Assembly: GCF_000022265.1 (NCBI RefSeq) | Contig: NC_011979.1 | Coordinates: forward strand, 4,140,001-4,172,000 | Direction of reading: 5' to 3' | DNA length: 32,000 nucleotides | Source: Geotalea daltonii FRC-32 | Lineage (GTDB): Bacteria > Desulfobacterota > Desulfuromonadia > Geobacterales > Geobacteraceae | In this document: piece by piece, positions 7,699-16,522 of the stretch | Layout: every line of letters begins with the position of its first letter | How positions within the stretch are numbered: position 1 is the stretch's first letter | Position numbers and translations under genes: made by a program | The notes under the pieces: model-generated | Told to the model about the DNA's origin: nothing | The model's database searches: none | Seen by the model: only the letters and a program-made list of their open reading frames with translations

Positions 7699-8585
7699 AG
7701 TAATTTCTTTTCCTTCAACAGGGGCAACGGGCTGACCATCATGCTTTCCAGTCCCAGGCGGCTGGAGGATAATCCGACCGCCAGCCCCACCATCTGGGTG
7801 ATATAAAAGACAGGCATGCCATACTGGACCTTATACCCTTCCTCGATCTCCTGCTGACGGATGTCCAGGTTACCGTGGCAGAGCGGGCAGGCGACCATGA
7901 CGCAGTCGGCGCCTGCAGCCTTGGCCGAGGCAAGTATGGCATTTGAAAGCTGCAGGACAACGCCGGGGCGCGACAGGGTGAAGTTGGCGCCGCAGCATTC
8001 GAGACGGTGCGACCAGGAAACAGGTTCGGCTCCAAGAGCAGCCAGGACGTTTTCCATAATGCTCGGGGCTTCACAGTCATCCAGCTCCGGCACCTCAGGA
8101 GGACGGGTCAGCAGACAACCGTAGTAGCAAGCGACCTTGAGGCCGTTCAATGGTTTGGTTACCGCCTGTTCAAGTTTATCCAGGCCAAAATCCCTGGCCA
8201 GGATCTCCAGCAGGTGTTTGACCTTCTTCTCCATTGGCGCCGGGGCGGCAATAGCCTTCTCCACCTGTTTGCGCTGGATATCGTTGTGCCTCAGATGATG
8301 CTGGGTAGTCTTGAGCCGCGAAAAACAGGCGGCACAGGCCACGGCCAAATCCCCCTTTACCTCTTCGGCCAGAGAAAGATTCTTGGCACACAGGGAGAGG
8401 GAGAGCAGTTCATCCACGTTGTGGGCCGGAGTCGCACCGCAGCAGAACCAGTCTGGCACTTCCTCCAGTCCGATTTTTAGCGCCTTGCAGACACCGCGGG
8501 TGGAGATATCATATTCCTTGGCCGAGGCATGGAGGGAACAGCCGGGATAATAGGCGTAACTGAGGATCTTTTTACCGGGGGTCAC
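7695..8585 (-). CDS. hdrB: Heterodisulfide reductase subunit B (HdrB), two CCG domains
   Basis: 296 aa with two CCG motifs (DWFCCGATP and LECCGANF). The GTG start overlaps the hdrC stop in the sequence GTGA, which indicates translational coupling. Confidence 0.93.
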   Translation of the reverse strand: MTPGKKILSYAYYPGCSLHASAKEYDISTRGVCKALKIGLEEVPDWFCCGATPAHNVDELLSLSLCAKNLSLAEEVKGDLAVACAACFSRLKTTQHHLRHNDIQRKQVEKAIAAPAPMEKKVKHLLEILARDFGLDKLEQAVTKPLNGLKVACYYGCLLTRPPEVPELDDCEAPSIMENVLAALGAEPVSWSHRLECCGANFTLSRPGVVLQLSNAILASAKAAGADCVMVACPLCHGNLDIRQQEIEEGYKVQYGMPVFYITQMVGLAVGLSSSRLGLESMMVSPLPLLKEKKLL

Positions 8586-9166
8586 GGCGCCTCCCCTTTG
8601 TTCCGCATGGTTTCAATGCGGCTGAAGATGTTTTCTATTTCAGAGATGTTCCTGTTTTTCGAATGGAACATTTTCAGCTTGCCCCGGGAAAGGAGCTTGG
8701 GGCCGAGCAGCAGGTCCTTCATGAACTGACCGCTCTTGACATTGAAGACGGCGCCAAGGCGCATTTCGTACTGGCGGCCATAGGTACGGATGTTATCAAT
8801 GAAGAGCCGGTTGGCCAGCTGAACGAAACTTTCCTTCGAGGGCCCGTCAGCATCCCACGAAAGCTTGCGCAGGGCATCCATGATGGCTGCCAGATTGACT
8901 TTGTTGGGACAGCGGGTGGCACAGGTCTCACAGGATGCGCAGTACCAGATGGAACGCCCGGCCAGTATCCGCTCCCACTGGCCCAGCTGAAGCAGGCGAA
9001 CCACCCGGTTAGGGGGATGTTCCATGAAGCTGGCCATGGGGCATCCGGCCGAGCATTTACCGCACTGGAAACAACGGCGGACCGAGGTGCCGGAGAGGGC
9101 CTCGACTTTATCGACGAAACCGATGTTCATGGTTTCGTTGGACAGGAGCATTTTTTTGCGTTTCAC
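8582..9166 (-). CDS. hdrC: Heterodisulfide reductase subunit C (HdrC)
   Basis: 194 aa with two 4Fe-4S motifs (CFQCGKCSAGCP and CASCETCATRCP). The GTG start at 9166 is preceded by AGAGGTGGAG. It is the first gene of the cluster. Confidence 0.9.
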   Translation of the reverse strand: MKRKKMLLSNETMNIGFVDKVEALSGTSVRRCFQCGKCSAGCPMASFMEHPPNRVVRLLQLGQWERILAGRSIWYCASCETCATRCPNKVNLAAIMDALRKLSWDADGPSKESFVQLANRLFIDNIRTYGRQYEMRLGAVFNVKSGQFMKDLLLGPKLLSRGKLKMFHSKNRNISEIENIFSRIETMRNKGEAP

Positions 9167-9449
9167 CGCTCCACCTCTTTTTATCTTTCAAATCATTTTT
9201 TAAAAAAGAACATTTTTAGCAAGGTTAAAATATCTTGCAAGCAATAGCCATATAAAATAACTAGTTAGGCAATAAAATTTAATATCGATAAAAATTGAAT
9301 AACATACTGGAAAGCGCTTTGTCAACATTAATGGCATGATGGCCTGATAAAAATAAAACAGTGTACGCTATCGACAGCAATCAGGCTGATCAGGAGCCCT
9401 TCGAGTATAGTTCACGGGCCTGGGAAATAGCAACCGTATCTGTTTCGGC
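9167..9449. promoter_or_regulatory. A+T-rich divergent intergenic region, expected to carry the hdr-flx and ABC-transporter promoters
   Basis: This is 283 bp of strongly A+T-rich non-coding DNA between divergently oriented operons. The best minus-strand sigma-70-like candidate is TTGCAA (9235-9240), a 16-nt spacer, then TAAAAA (complement of 9213-9218). A short inverted repeat GCAAG-N9-CTTGC overlaps it. No promoter is firmly identifiable by eye. Confidence 0.4.
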
Positions 9450-11273
9450 TTGAAACTCATTTTGACAGCCGGAGTAAAAAAGAATAAAAATGAACCCTTC
9501 CACTATTTTTCATCTTCCGAGGTCTGTATCAGCGAGCTTTCCAGACTATACCGTTATGTAGCAACCTGCCGCGGTGCTTATTTTACCGGGTTATTCTGGC
9601 TTTTCGGCACCAACGGCTTTGCCCTGCTCATTCCGTGGCTGCTTAAACTGGCCATCGACAGCCTGGGCAAACAGGGAACACCCATGCACAGCCCCGCCTG
9701 GTATGCGCTGCTGATCATGGTTTCGGCCCTGCTCCAGGGGGTGATCCGCATTTTTTCCAGGACTACCCTCCTCCACGCCGGCCGCCGCATCGAATACATG
9801 ATCCGCGAAGACCTCTATGCAAAGCTCCTCACTCTGGATCTGCCCTATTTTTCCCGTGAGCGTACCGGCGACATCATGTCCCGCTTTGCCAACGATCTGA
9901 CCAATGTCCGCATGCTTCTGGGTTTCGGCATGCTCAATGTCATCAATACTGCCATCGTCTATGTGGCGGCCCTCTCCCTGATGGGGCACATCAGTATCCA
10001 TCTGACCCTCTGCGCCATCATCCCTTTTCCCCTGACCATTCTCATCGTCAAGCGTATGAGTGCCTCCATGTTCAGGCGTTCACAAATTATTCAGGAAGAA
10101 CTGTCGCGACTGACTAGCAAGGTAGAAGAAAATGTTTCTGCTGCCATGGTAATCAAGTCCTACTGCCGGGAAGATGCTGAAACCGGCTCATTTGCAAAAA
10201 TCAGCAGCAGTTATCTGGAAAGCAACATGGGCATGGCCAGGATTCGAGGCGCCATGATACCGATCATGGCCGCCAGCGGCGCCATGGGAACGCTGATCGT
10301 GCTTTTTGTCGGCGGCAGCCGGGTTATCTCCGGAGAACTGACTTTGGGAGACTTCGTCGCTTTCAATGGCTATCTGGCAATGCTGGTCTGGCCGACCCTG
10401 ATGTTGGCCTGGATTCTCAACCTGTTGCAGCGGGGTGCTGCCTCCATGTCACGACTCAACGAGGTGCTGGAGGCAAAGGCGACCGTCCGGGAACCAGCTC
10501 AGCCGGCACCGGTGACAATTAACGGCAACATAGAGATAAGGGATCTTTCCTTCAGCTATAATGACAATCCCCTCTCTCCAGCCCTCTCCCATATCAGCCT
10601 CCATATTAGTAAAGGGATGCGCCTGGGCATTGTCGGCCCCATCGGCAGCGGCAAGTCCTCGCTGGTGCGGCTGCTCCCGCGCCTTTATCCTGTTGCCGAC
10701 GGCAAGATCTTCATTGACGGCACCGACATCAACCAGATTCCACTCAAGCAGCTACGTGAGGCCATCGGTTTTATCCCCCAGGAAAGTTTTCTCTTCTCCC
10801 GGACTATCGGCGCCAACATCGCCTATGGCAAAGAAGGGGCAACCAGGGAGGAGATAGAGAACAGCGCGCGATTGGCAGGGATTGCCCCGGACATTCTGCG
10901 CTTTCCCGACAGCTATGAAACGCTGGTAGGGGAGCGGGGGGTAACCCTTTCCGGCGGACAGAAACAGCGCACTGCCATCGCCCGGGCGCTGCTGAAGAAT
11001 CCGGCAATCCTCATCCTGGACGATCCACTGTCGGCAGTGGATGCCCGCACCGAGGAGGAAATACTGGCCAACCTGGCGGATTACTATGGTGAGCGGACGG
11101 TTATCATCGTCTCCCACCGTCTTTCGGCCCTGCGGAAATGCAACCTGATCCTGGTCATGGATGAAGGGCGCATCGTCGAGCAGGGAAACCATGGAGAACT
11201 TCTGGCATTACAGGGGCGATATGCGGCCATCCACCGCGAGCAGCTGCTGCGCATGGAAATAGAGGGGTATTGA
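9450..11273 (+). CDS. ABC transporter permease/ATP-binding fusion protein (exporter half-transporter, MdlA/MsbA-like)
   Basis: It has an N-terminal six-helix-type transmembrane domain. The nucleotide-binding domain carries Walker A GPIGSGKSS, signature LSGGQKQR and Walker B ILILDDP. The start is uncertain. There is no in-frame ATG upstream of the conserved LSRLYRYV segment, only TTG at 9450 or 9462, and neither has a clear RBS. Confidence 0.85.
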   Translation: MKLILTAGVKKNKNEPFHYFSSSEVCISELSRLYRYVATCRGAYFTGLFWLFGTNGFALLIPWLLKLAIDSLGKQGTPMHSPAWYALLIMVSALLQGVIRIFSRTTLLHAGRRIEYMIREDLYAKLLTLDLPYFSRERTGDIMSRFANDLTNVRMLLGFGMLNVINTAIVYVAALSLMGHISIHLTLCAIIPFPLTILIVKRMSASMFRRSQIIQEELSRLTSKVEENVSAAMVIKSYCREDAETGSFAKISSSYLESNMGMARIRGAMIPIMAASGAMGTLIVLFVGGSRVISGELTLGDFVAFNGYLAMLVWPTLMLAWILNLLQRGAASMSRLNEVLEAKATVREPAQPAPVTINGNIEIRDLSFSYNDNPLSPALSHISLHISKGMRLGIVGPIGSGKSSLVRLLPRLYPVADGKIFIDGTDINQIPLKQLREAIGFIPQESFLFSRTIGANIAYGKEGATREEIENSARLAGIAPDILRFPDSYETLVGERGVTLSGGQKQRTAIARALLKNPAILILDDPLSAVDARTEEEILANLADYYGERTVIIVSHRLSALRKCNLILVMDEGRIVEQGNHGELLALQGRYAAIHREQLLRMEIEGY

Positions 11274-13060
11274 TGCACTTCGGCGGCATCTATGAAGACG
11301 AAATAGTCGGCAAAGCCTATGATCGAAAGTTGATGGGGCGGTTTCTGCGCTATCTTCTGCCGTACCGGCGGCTGGTGGCGGGAACGCTGGTCGTGCTGCC
11401 TCTGGTGGCTGCCTGCAGGCTTGCCCAGCCCTGGCTCCTGAAAGTAGCCATCGATAATCACATCGTCGCCGGCAAGATGGAGGGACTCCCGGTCATTGCC
11501 GCCTCATATCTGGGGCTGATTCTTGCCGAGGCCGCATTCACCTTTATCCAGGTTTACCTGCTCCAGTATCTGGGACAGCGGGTCATGTTCAACCTGCGCA
11601 TCGAGTTGTTCAGCCACGTCCAGCGGCTCTCCACCCGCTTTTTTGACCGGACCCCGGCGGGAAGTCTGGTTACCCGGCTGACCAGCGATGTGGAGGCCCT
11701 TGGGGAAATGTTTGCCGCGGGCATCATCACCATTGTCGGTGACATCCTGGTCCTGGCCGGTATCATCGGCATCATGCTCTGGATGAACCTGCGCCTGTCG
11801 TTGGTCACCTTTTCCGTGCTGCCGGTGCTGTTCTGGGTCGCCTTCACCTTCCGTAACCGGATGCGCACCGCCTTTCGCCAAGTCAGGGCCCGGCTGGCCA
11901 ACCTCAACACCTTTTTGGCCGAAAGCATCGGCGGCATGGCAATCGTGCAACTTTTCAACCGCCAGCGTGGCGAGCAAGAGGAATTCCGCCGTCTCAACAG
12001 GGAGTACCGTGACGCCAACCTGCCGGTAATAACCTGGGACGCCTCCCTTTTCGCCGGGGTAGAGGCGATTTCAGCCGTAGCGGTCGGTCTGATCATCTGG
12101 TACGGAGGGGGGGAGATCGGCCGCGGCACCCTGACCTTCGGTGCATTGGTGGCCTTCATTCAGTATATCGAGAAATTCTTCTCCCCCATCCGCGATCTCT
12201 CAGCCAAATACTCGGTGATGCAAGGTGCCATGGCCGCCCTGGAGAGGATCTTTCAGCTGCTGGATACTGAAAAACCAGCATCTGATTCTCCCCCCTCTCT
12301 CCAGCAGTCTCCCCTCACGGGAGAGGATGTACATTCACCCTTCATCGAGTTTAAGAATGTCTGGTTTGCCTATCAGGGAGAAGAGTATGTCCTCAAGGAT
12401 TTCAACCTGCAGCTTAGGCGGGGGGAAAAGCTGGCTTTGGTGGGTGAGACCGGCGGCGGGAAAACTACCGTTACTCGGCTGCTGTCAAGACTTTATGAGA
12501 TTCATCGCGGCTCCATCACTCTCGGCGGTACCGATATACGGACCTTGCCCCTGGCAACCTTGCGGCACAAAATAGGCATCGTGCTTCAGGACCCCTATCT
12601 TTTTACCGGCACCATTGCCTACAACATCACCCTTGGCGATCCCGCAGCCGCAGCACGCCTTGAACAGGCTGCCACCATGGTCGGCGCCGATCGTTTTATC
12701 CATCGTCTGCCCAAGGGCTTTAACGAGGAAGTGCGGGAACGGGGGGTTAATTTGTCGGCAGGGGAGCGGCAGCTCATCTCCTTTGCCCGCGCCGTTGCCT
12801 TTGATCCGGAAGTACTTGTCCTCGATGAAGCCACTGCCAGTGTAGACAGCGAGGCGGAGCGTCTCATAGAGGAAGGCCTCAAAGGACTCCTCTCCGGCCG
12901 CACTTCCCTGGTGGTTGCCCACCGCCTCTCCACCATCAGGGATGCCGACCGCATCGTCGCCATCCATCGCGGCGAAAAAATGGAGGAAGGAAACCACCAG
13001 GAGCTGATGGCGGCCAGGGGGCTTTATTACCGGCTGTACCAGCTGCAATTCAGGGATTGA
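11273..13060 (+). CDS. ABC transporter permease/ATP-binding fusion protein (partner half-transporter, MdlB-like)
   Basis: Walker A GETGGGKTT, signature LSAGERQL, Walker B VLVLDEATA. ATG 11273 overlaps the upstream TGA in the sequence TGATG, with AGAGGGG 5 nt upstream. This suggests a heterodimeric pair with the preceding gene. Confidence 0.9.
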   Translation: MHFGGIYEDEIVGKAYDRKLMGRFLRYLLPYRRLVAGTLVVLPLVAACRLAQPWLLKVAIDNHIVAGKMEGLPVIAASYLGLILAEAAFTFIQVYLLQYLGQRVMFNLRIELFSHVQRLSTRFFDRTPAGSLVTRLTSDVEALGEMFAAGIITIVGDILVLAGIIGIMLWMNLRLSLVTFSVLPVLFWVAFTFRNRMRTAFRQVRARLANLNTFLAESIGGMAIVQLFNRQRGEQEEFRRLNREYRDANLPVITWDASLFAGVEAISAVAVGLIIWYGGGEIGRGTLTFGALVAFIQYIEKFFSPIRDLSAKYSVMQGAMAALERIFQLLDTEKPASDSPPSLQQSPLTGEDVHSPFIEFKNVWFAYQGEEYVLKDFNLQLRRGEKLALVGETGGGKTTVTRLLSRLYEIHRGSITLGGTDIRTLPLATLRHKIGIVLQDPYLFTGTIAYNITLGDPAAAARLEQAATMVGADRFIHRLPKGFNEEVRERGVNLSAGERQLISFARAVAFDPEVLVLDEATASVDSEAERLIEEGLKGLLSGRTSLVVAHRLSTIRDADRIVAIHRGEKMEEGNHQELMAARGLYYRLYQLQFRD

Positions 13061-13135
13061 GTTTACACAGCAAAGGGCGCCTTTGAGGTAATTATGCTGT
13101 TAGCTCGTCACGTCTCATAAAATATTAAACCAATT

Positions 13136-13175
13136 AAAGAAAAGCCCTGAATGATTACAGGGCCTTCCTTTCTTG
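13136..13175. terminator. Candidate bidirectional terminator between convergent genes
   Basis: The hairpin GCCCTG-aatgatta-CAGGGC (13144-13163) is flanked by AAAGAAAA on the left and CTTCCTTTCTT on the right. It lies between the ABC gene (+) and the CARDB gene (-). The stem is short (6 bp). Confidence 0.5.
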
Positions 13176-13212
13176 TTGTCAAAACTATATTTTACTTTCG
13201 TTTGTGATCTAC

Positions 13213-16122
13213 CTATAAAATTATTGCGTTGCCGACTCTGCTGTTATTGCTCTCGGCATCCACCGGGGGATTCCACTCAGGGATTCTATTGTCATAGTCA
13301 GCTATCGCACCAACATAATAGGTTCCGGTCATATTTGGTGGCAGATAATTTGATCCGGTAATAGTCACTATATCACCACCCCGTATCGCACCATTGTAAT
13401 AGGCCATGGCAACCCACGTGTCAGCCCCATTTGTTATCACTTCGTCCTGAGAAAGGTAAATTCCTGCATAATTGACGGATGCATTACCGTTACCCAAATT
13501 CTGGACCTTCAACGAGCATGTTAACATGCCGTTTGCTACGCTGCCGGACACACTGTCAGCTACTACCACCAAATCATTAGTGATCGTCACTTGGTTGCCG
13601 ACTCTGCTGTTATTGCTCTCGGCATCCACCGGGGGATTCCACTCAGGGATTCTATTGTCATAGTCAGCTATCGCACCAACATAATAGGTTCCGGTCATAT
13701 TTGGTGGCAGATAATTTGATCCGGTAATAGTCACTATATCACCACCCCGTATCGCACCATTGTAATAGGCCATGGCAACCCACGTGTCAGCCCCATTTGT
13801 TATCACTTCGTCCTGAGAAAGGTAAATTCCTGCATAATTGACGGATGCATTACCGTTACCCAAATTCTGGACCTTCAACGAGCATGTTAACATGCCGTTT
13901 GCTACGCTGCCGGACACACTGTCAGCTACTACCACCAAATCATTAGTGATCGTCACTTGGTTGCCGACTCTGCTGTTATTGCTCTCGGCATCCACCGGGG
14001 GATTCCACTCAGGGATTCTATTGTCATAGTCAGCTATCGCACCAACATAATAGGTTCCGGTCATATTTGGTGGCAGATAATTTGATCCGGTAATAGTCAC
14101 TATATCACCACCCCGTATCGCACCATTGTAATAGGCCATGGCAACCCACGTGTCAGCCCCATTTGTTATCACTTCGTCCTGAGAAAGGTAAATTCCTGCA
14201 TAATTGACGGATGCATTACCGTTACCCAAATTCTGGACCTTCAACGAGCATGTTAACATGCCGTTTGCTACGCTGCCGGACACACTGCCAGCTACTACCA
14301 CCAAATCATTAGTGATCGTCACTTGGTTGCCGGCTCTGCTGTTATTGTTCTCGGCCGACTCAGGGACTATATTGTCATTGTCAACTATGGCACCAACATA
14401 ATAGGTCCCTGTCATATTTATCGGAATGTATGACCATGAGGTTAGAGTGACTGAGGAGCCGCCAGGAATACCACTAGGATAGTAATATGCAGAGTTAAGC
14501 GTGTCCTCTTTTGTTATGAGTTGATCGGTGGAGAGGTAAATGCCGATAGAATTAGCACCTGCCGTTTTGATCCCCTGATTTTTGATTGTTACCGAGTACG
14601 AAAGCTTCCCTCCGCTGGCCGTGGCGGTAACACCCGTCACCACCAAATCAGGTTCGATAGAAGAAATCCTGATGACATTCCCTGTCGTGCAATTGTTGTT
14701 TTCATCAGTCTCGGGGACAAGGTTAGTATAGTCGGCACAGGCTTTGATGTAATATTCGCCAGTTTGGATTGACGGGATAGTGACCGTGGTACTGGTCGAA
14801 TCTGACATACCTGGCCCTAGTGAGGGGACGGTCCTCTCACCTAGTGGATAATCTACGCCATCTCTAGTGAGATAGAAACCGACCTTTGAGCTATCTGCTG
14901 CACCTGCGCCCTGATTCTTTACCTCGTATGATATGTCTATTGTGCTTTCAATAGTACCTGTTGCAGGCCCCGTCACCCTGGTTATAGCCAGATCAGCGTA
15001 AGACTCGTATCCAAGCATCACCGAATGTAGCACCGGTGTGCTTAGCCCGTCCGAAGAAAGCTTTACCTGTATCTCAGCCGCCGGGGTGAAAGAAACGTTG
15101 AGAGGAACAGAAGTCGTTACGCTGCCGTCCGTTTCGGTTGTGGTTTCCGAGCCGGATGTAGAGACGTCGTACCAAGTGTCGGCTGACCCGTCAGGGCCTT
15201 TATAGGTTGCACCATCGAGCGACAAAACATCCGGCGCAGTTCGTATCTGGAACTGGATCTTCTGGTTTGCGCCAGGGGTGGCGTAATTCCAGGATAGGTG
15301 TATGGCATTGGCGTTGTTAATTCCCATTACGGGAGCATCGACGCGAAGCCCGATATTTCCAGGAGCCTGACCGCCAAGGAGGTTGAGTGGTGGATCGATT
15401 TCAACGTCTTTTATAACTTGGTCTGTCACACCGTCAATGACAGTCATATACTGATTGGACTTACTGGTCAGATAAACTTTATTATCTACCGCATTGAATG
15501 AGGCAGTCGTCGCGCCTGCCGCTACTGGCACGGTAATCAGCGCGGAGTCGGAGACTCCATCAAGAATGGTGACGGTCTGGTCAGCAGTGTTTGCAATATA
15601 AGCCTTATTGCTTTTGGGATTGTAAACGGCGGCATAGGCTCCGTTGCCAACTGTGAGGGTGTGGGTGATGGTATCGGTAGTGACATCTATCACCAGAACC
15701 TTGTTGTCGTTGTATTGCCCAACATACAGCTTGTTGCTCTGGGAATTGTAAACAACACCAGCTGCCCTGCCAGGAAGTGATATGTTCGGCATCAATGTGT
15801 TGGATCTTGCGTCAATAACCGCTATCGAAGTACGATCAACCCCAGTGGTGTAAATCTTATTATTCAACGTCACGCAGGTTATGGTCGCAGAGGTCACGAA
15901 ATCTTTTGTGACACCTATCATGACATCTCCAGGCGACGTAGTAGTATCGATATTTAGCCTGGTGGCCTTTTCCCAATCTTCTTTGTTGTCCCATTTCACC
16001 GGGGTTATTGTTGACGCCTGCGCAGTTACTGAGATGCCAGCAATTCCCACCACTAATCCCATGAACATAACTGCCGTTATTGTTTGCCTCATCACTCTGT
16101 CCAATTTCTTTAAGCAGTCCAT
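13213..16122 (-). CDS. Secreted repeat protein: signal peptide, YVTN/YncE-type beta-propeller repeats, then five CARDB-like domains
   Basis: I prefer ATG 16122, which has GGAGGG 4 nt upstream, giving MDCLKKLDRVMRQTITAVMFMGLVVGIAGISVTAQA as a signal-like N-terminus. The track start is 16158. YVTN-like repeats are present (NKLYVGQYNDNKVLVIDVTT, NKAYIANTADQTVTILDG, NKVYLTSKSNQYMTVIDG). CARDB-like modules are present (DLxV..V......L...V.N.G......V.YLS.D....D ... GTYYV.A..D.....PE..E.NN). Confidence 0.85.
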   Translation of the reverse strand: MDCLKKLDRVMRQTITAVMFMGLVVGIAGISVTAQASTITPVKWDNKEDWEKATRLNIDTTTSPGDVMIGVTKDFVTSATITCVTLNNKIYTTGVDRTSIAVIDARSNTLMPNISLPGRAAGVVYNSQSNKLYVGQYNDNKVLVIDVTTDTITHTLTVGNGAYAAVYNPKSNKAYIANTADQTVTILDGVSDSALITVPVAAGATTASFNAVDNKVYLTSKSNQYMTVIDGVTDQVIKDVEIDPPLNLLGGQAPGNIGLRVDAPVMGINNANAIHLSWNYATPGANQKIQFQIRTAPDVLSLDGATYKGPDGSADTWYDVSTSGSETTTETDGSVTTSVPLNVSFTPAAEIQVKLSSDGLSTPVLHSVMLGYESYADLAITRVTGPATGTIESTIDISYEVKNQGAGAADSSKVGFYLTRDGVDYPLGERTVPSLGPGMSDSTSTTVTIPSIQTGEYYIKACADYTNLVPETDENNNCTTGNVIRISSIEPDLVVTGVTATASGGKLSYSVTIKNQGIKTAGANSIGIYLSTDQLITKEDTLNSAYYYPSGIPGGSSVTLTSWSYIPINMTGTYYVGAIVDNDNIVPESAENNNSRAGNQVTITNDLVVVAGSVSGSVANGMLTCSLKVQNLGNGNASVNYAGIYLSQDEVITNGADTWVAMAYYNGAIRGGDIVTITGSNYLPPNMTGTYYVGAIADYDNRIPEWNPPVDAESNNSRVGNQVTITNDLVVVADSVSGSVANGMLTCSLKVQNLGNGNASVNYAGIYLSQDEVITNGADTWVAMAYYNGAIRGGDIVTITGSNYLPPNMTGTYYVGAIADYDNRIPEWNPPVDAESNNSRVGNQVTITNDLVVVADSVSGSVANGMLTCSLKVQNLGNGNASVNYAGIYLSQDEVITNGADTWVAMAYYNGAIRGGDIVTITGSNYLPPNMTGTYYVGAIADYDNRIPEWNPPVDAESNNSRVGNAIIL
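13228..14325. repeat. 3 x 366-bp near-perfect tandem repeat (122-aa CARDB-like module) at the 3' end of the gene
   Basis: The unit starts gttgccgactctgctg at 13228, 13594 and 13960. Copies 1 and 2 look identical by eye. Copy 3 differs by one substitution near 14288 (Asp to Gly). A diverged fourth unit begins at 14326. Confidence 0.95.
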
Positions 16123-16522
16123 TTTCCCTCCAATCAATATATGCACAATTCCAATCAACCCTGCATCAAAGGTCCTTTACCCTCCTTTCCTGCTCGGTTA
16201 AAAAAGCAAATGCAATGCTAGCTGCTTTTAATCATATATTACATATTAATGCAAGCTGTTTATCTACTTTCCCCTTTTCCTCCGGCCATTTTACTGGATA
16301 GACGTGAGATGAAAATTTAAGAGGTACCTCAATCAAACAAGTTATATCCCCCACAGGATAGGAGTCCACCTGCTCAAGATGAGGCCAAGATCATCCGTAA
16401 CAAATCTTGCCTTGACCTCATTCAGAGTAATTTAGTAATACTGCTGTGGTTACTCCTGAGCATCTATATCAAATTCCGTTTTCTCCATCTCTACGTATTG
16501 CAATAGTAAGAGGATTGCTATC

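Noticed and set aside
8663-9247. 194-aa plus-strand ORF, and similar antisense ORFs at 393-1040, 11504-12159, 12485-13048 and 24912-25595
   Set aside because: Each is the opposite-strand shadow of a motif-supported gene (hdrC, the DUF4139 gene, the ABC genes, the zinc-ribbon gene).
9330-9350. Sigma-54 promoter (TGGCAT-N..)
   Set aside because: The tggcatgatggcc sequence lacks the downstream TTGC element at the required spacing.
13228-14420. Diversity-generating retroelement target in the CARDB repeats
   Set aside because: There is no reverse transcriptase or template repeat in the window. The copies are identical and lack the adenine-specific variation expected of a DGR.
16160-16522. tRNA-Sec (selC) or another structured RNA upstream of selB
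   Set aside because: The region is A+T-rich with no GC-rich cloverleaf-like stems. A TTGACC (16412-16417), 18 nt, TAATAC promoter-like match is too weak to report as a feature.
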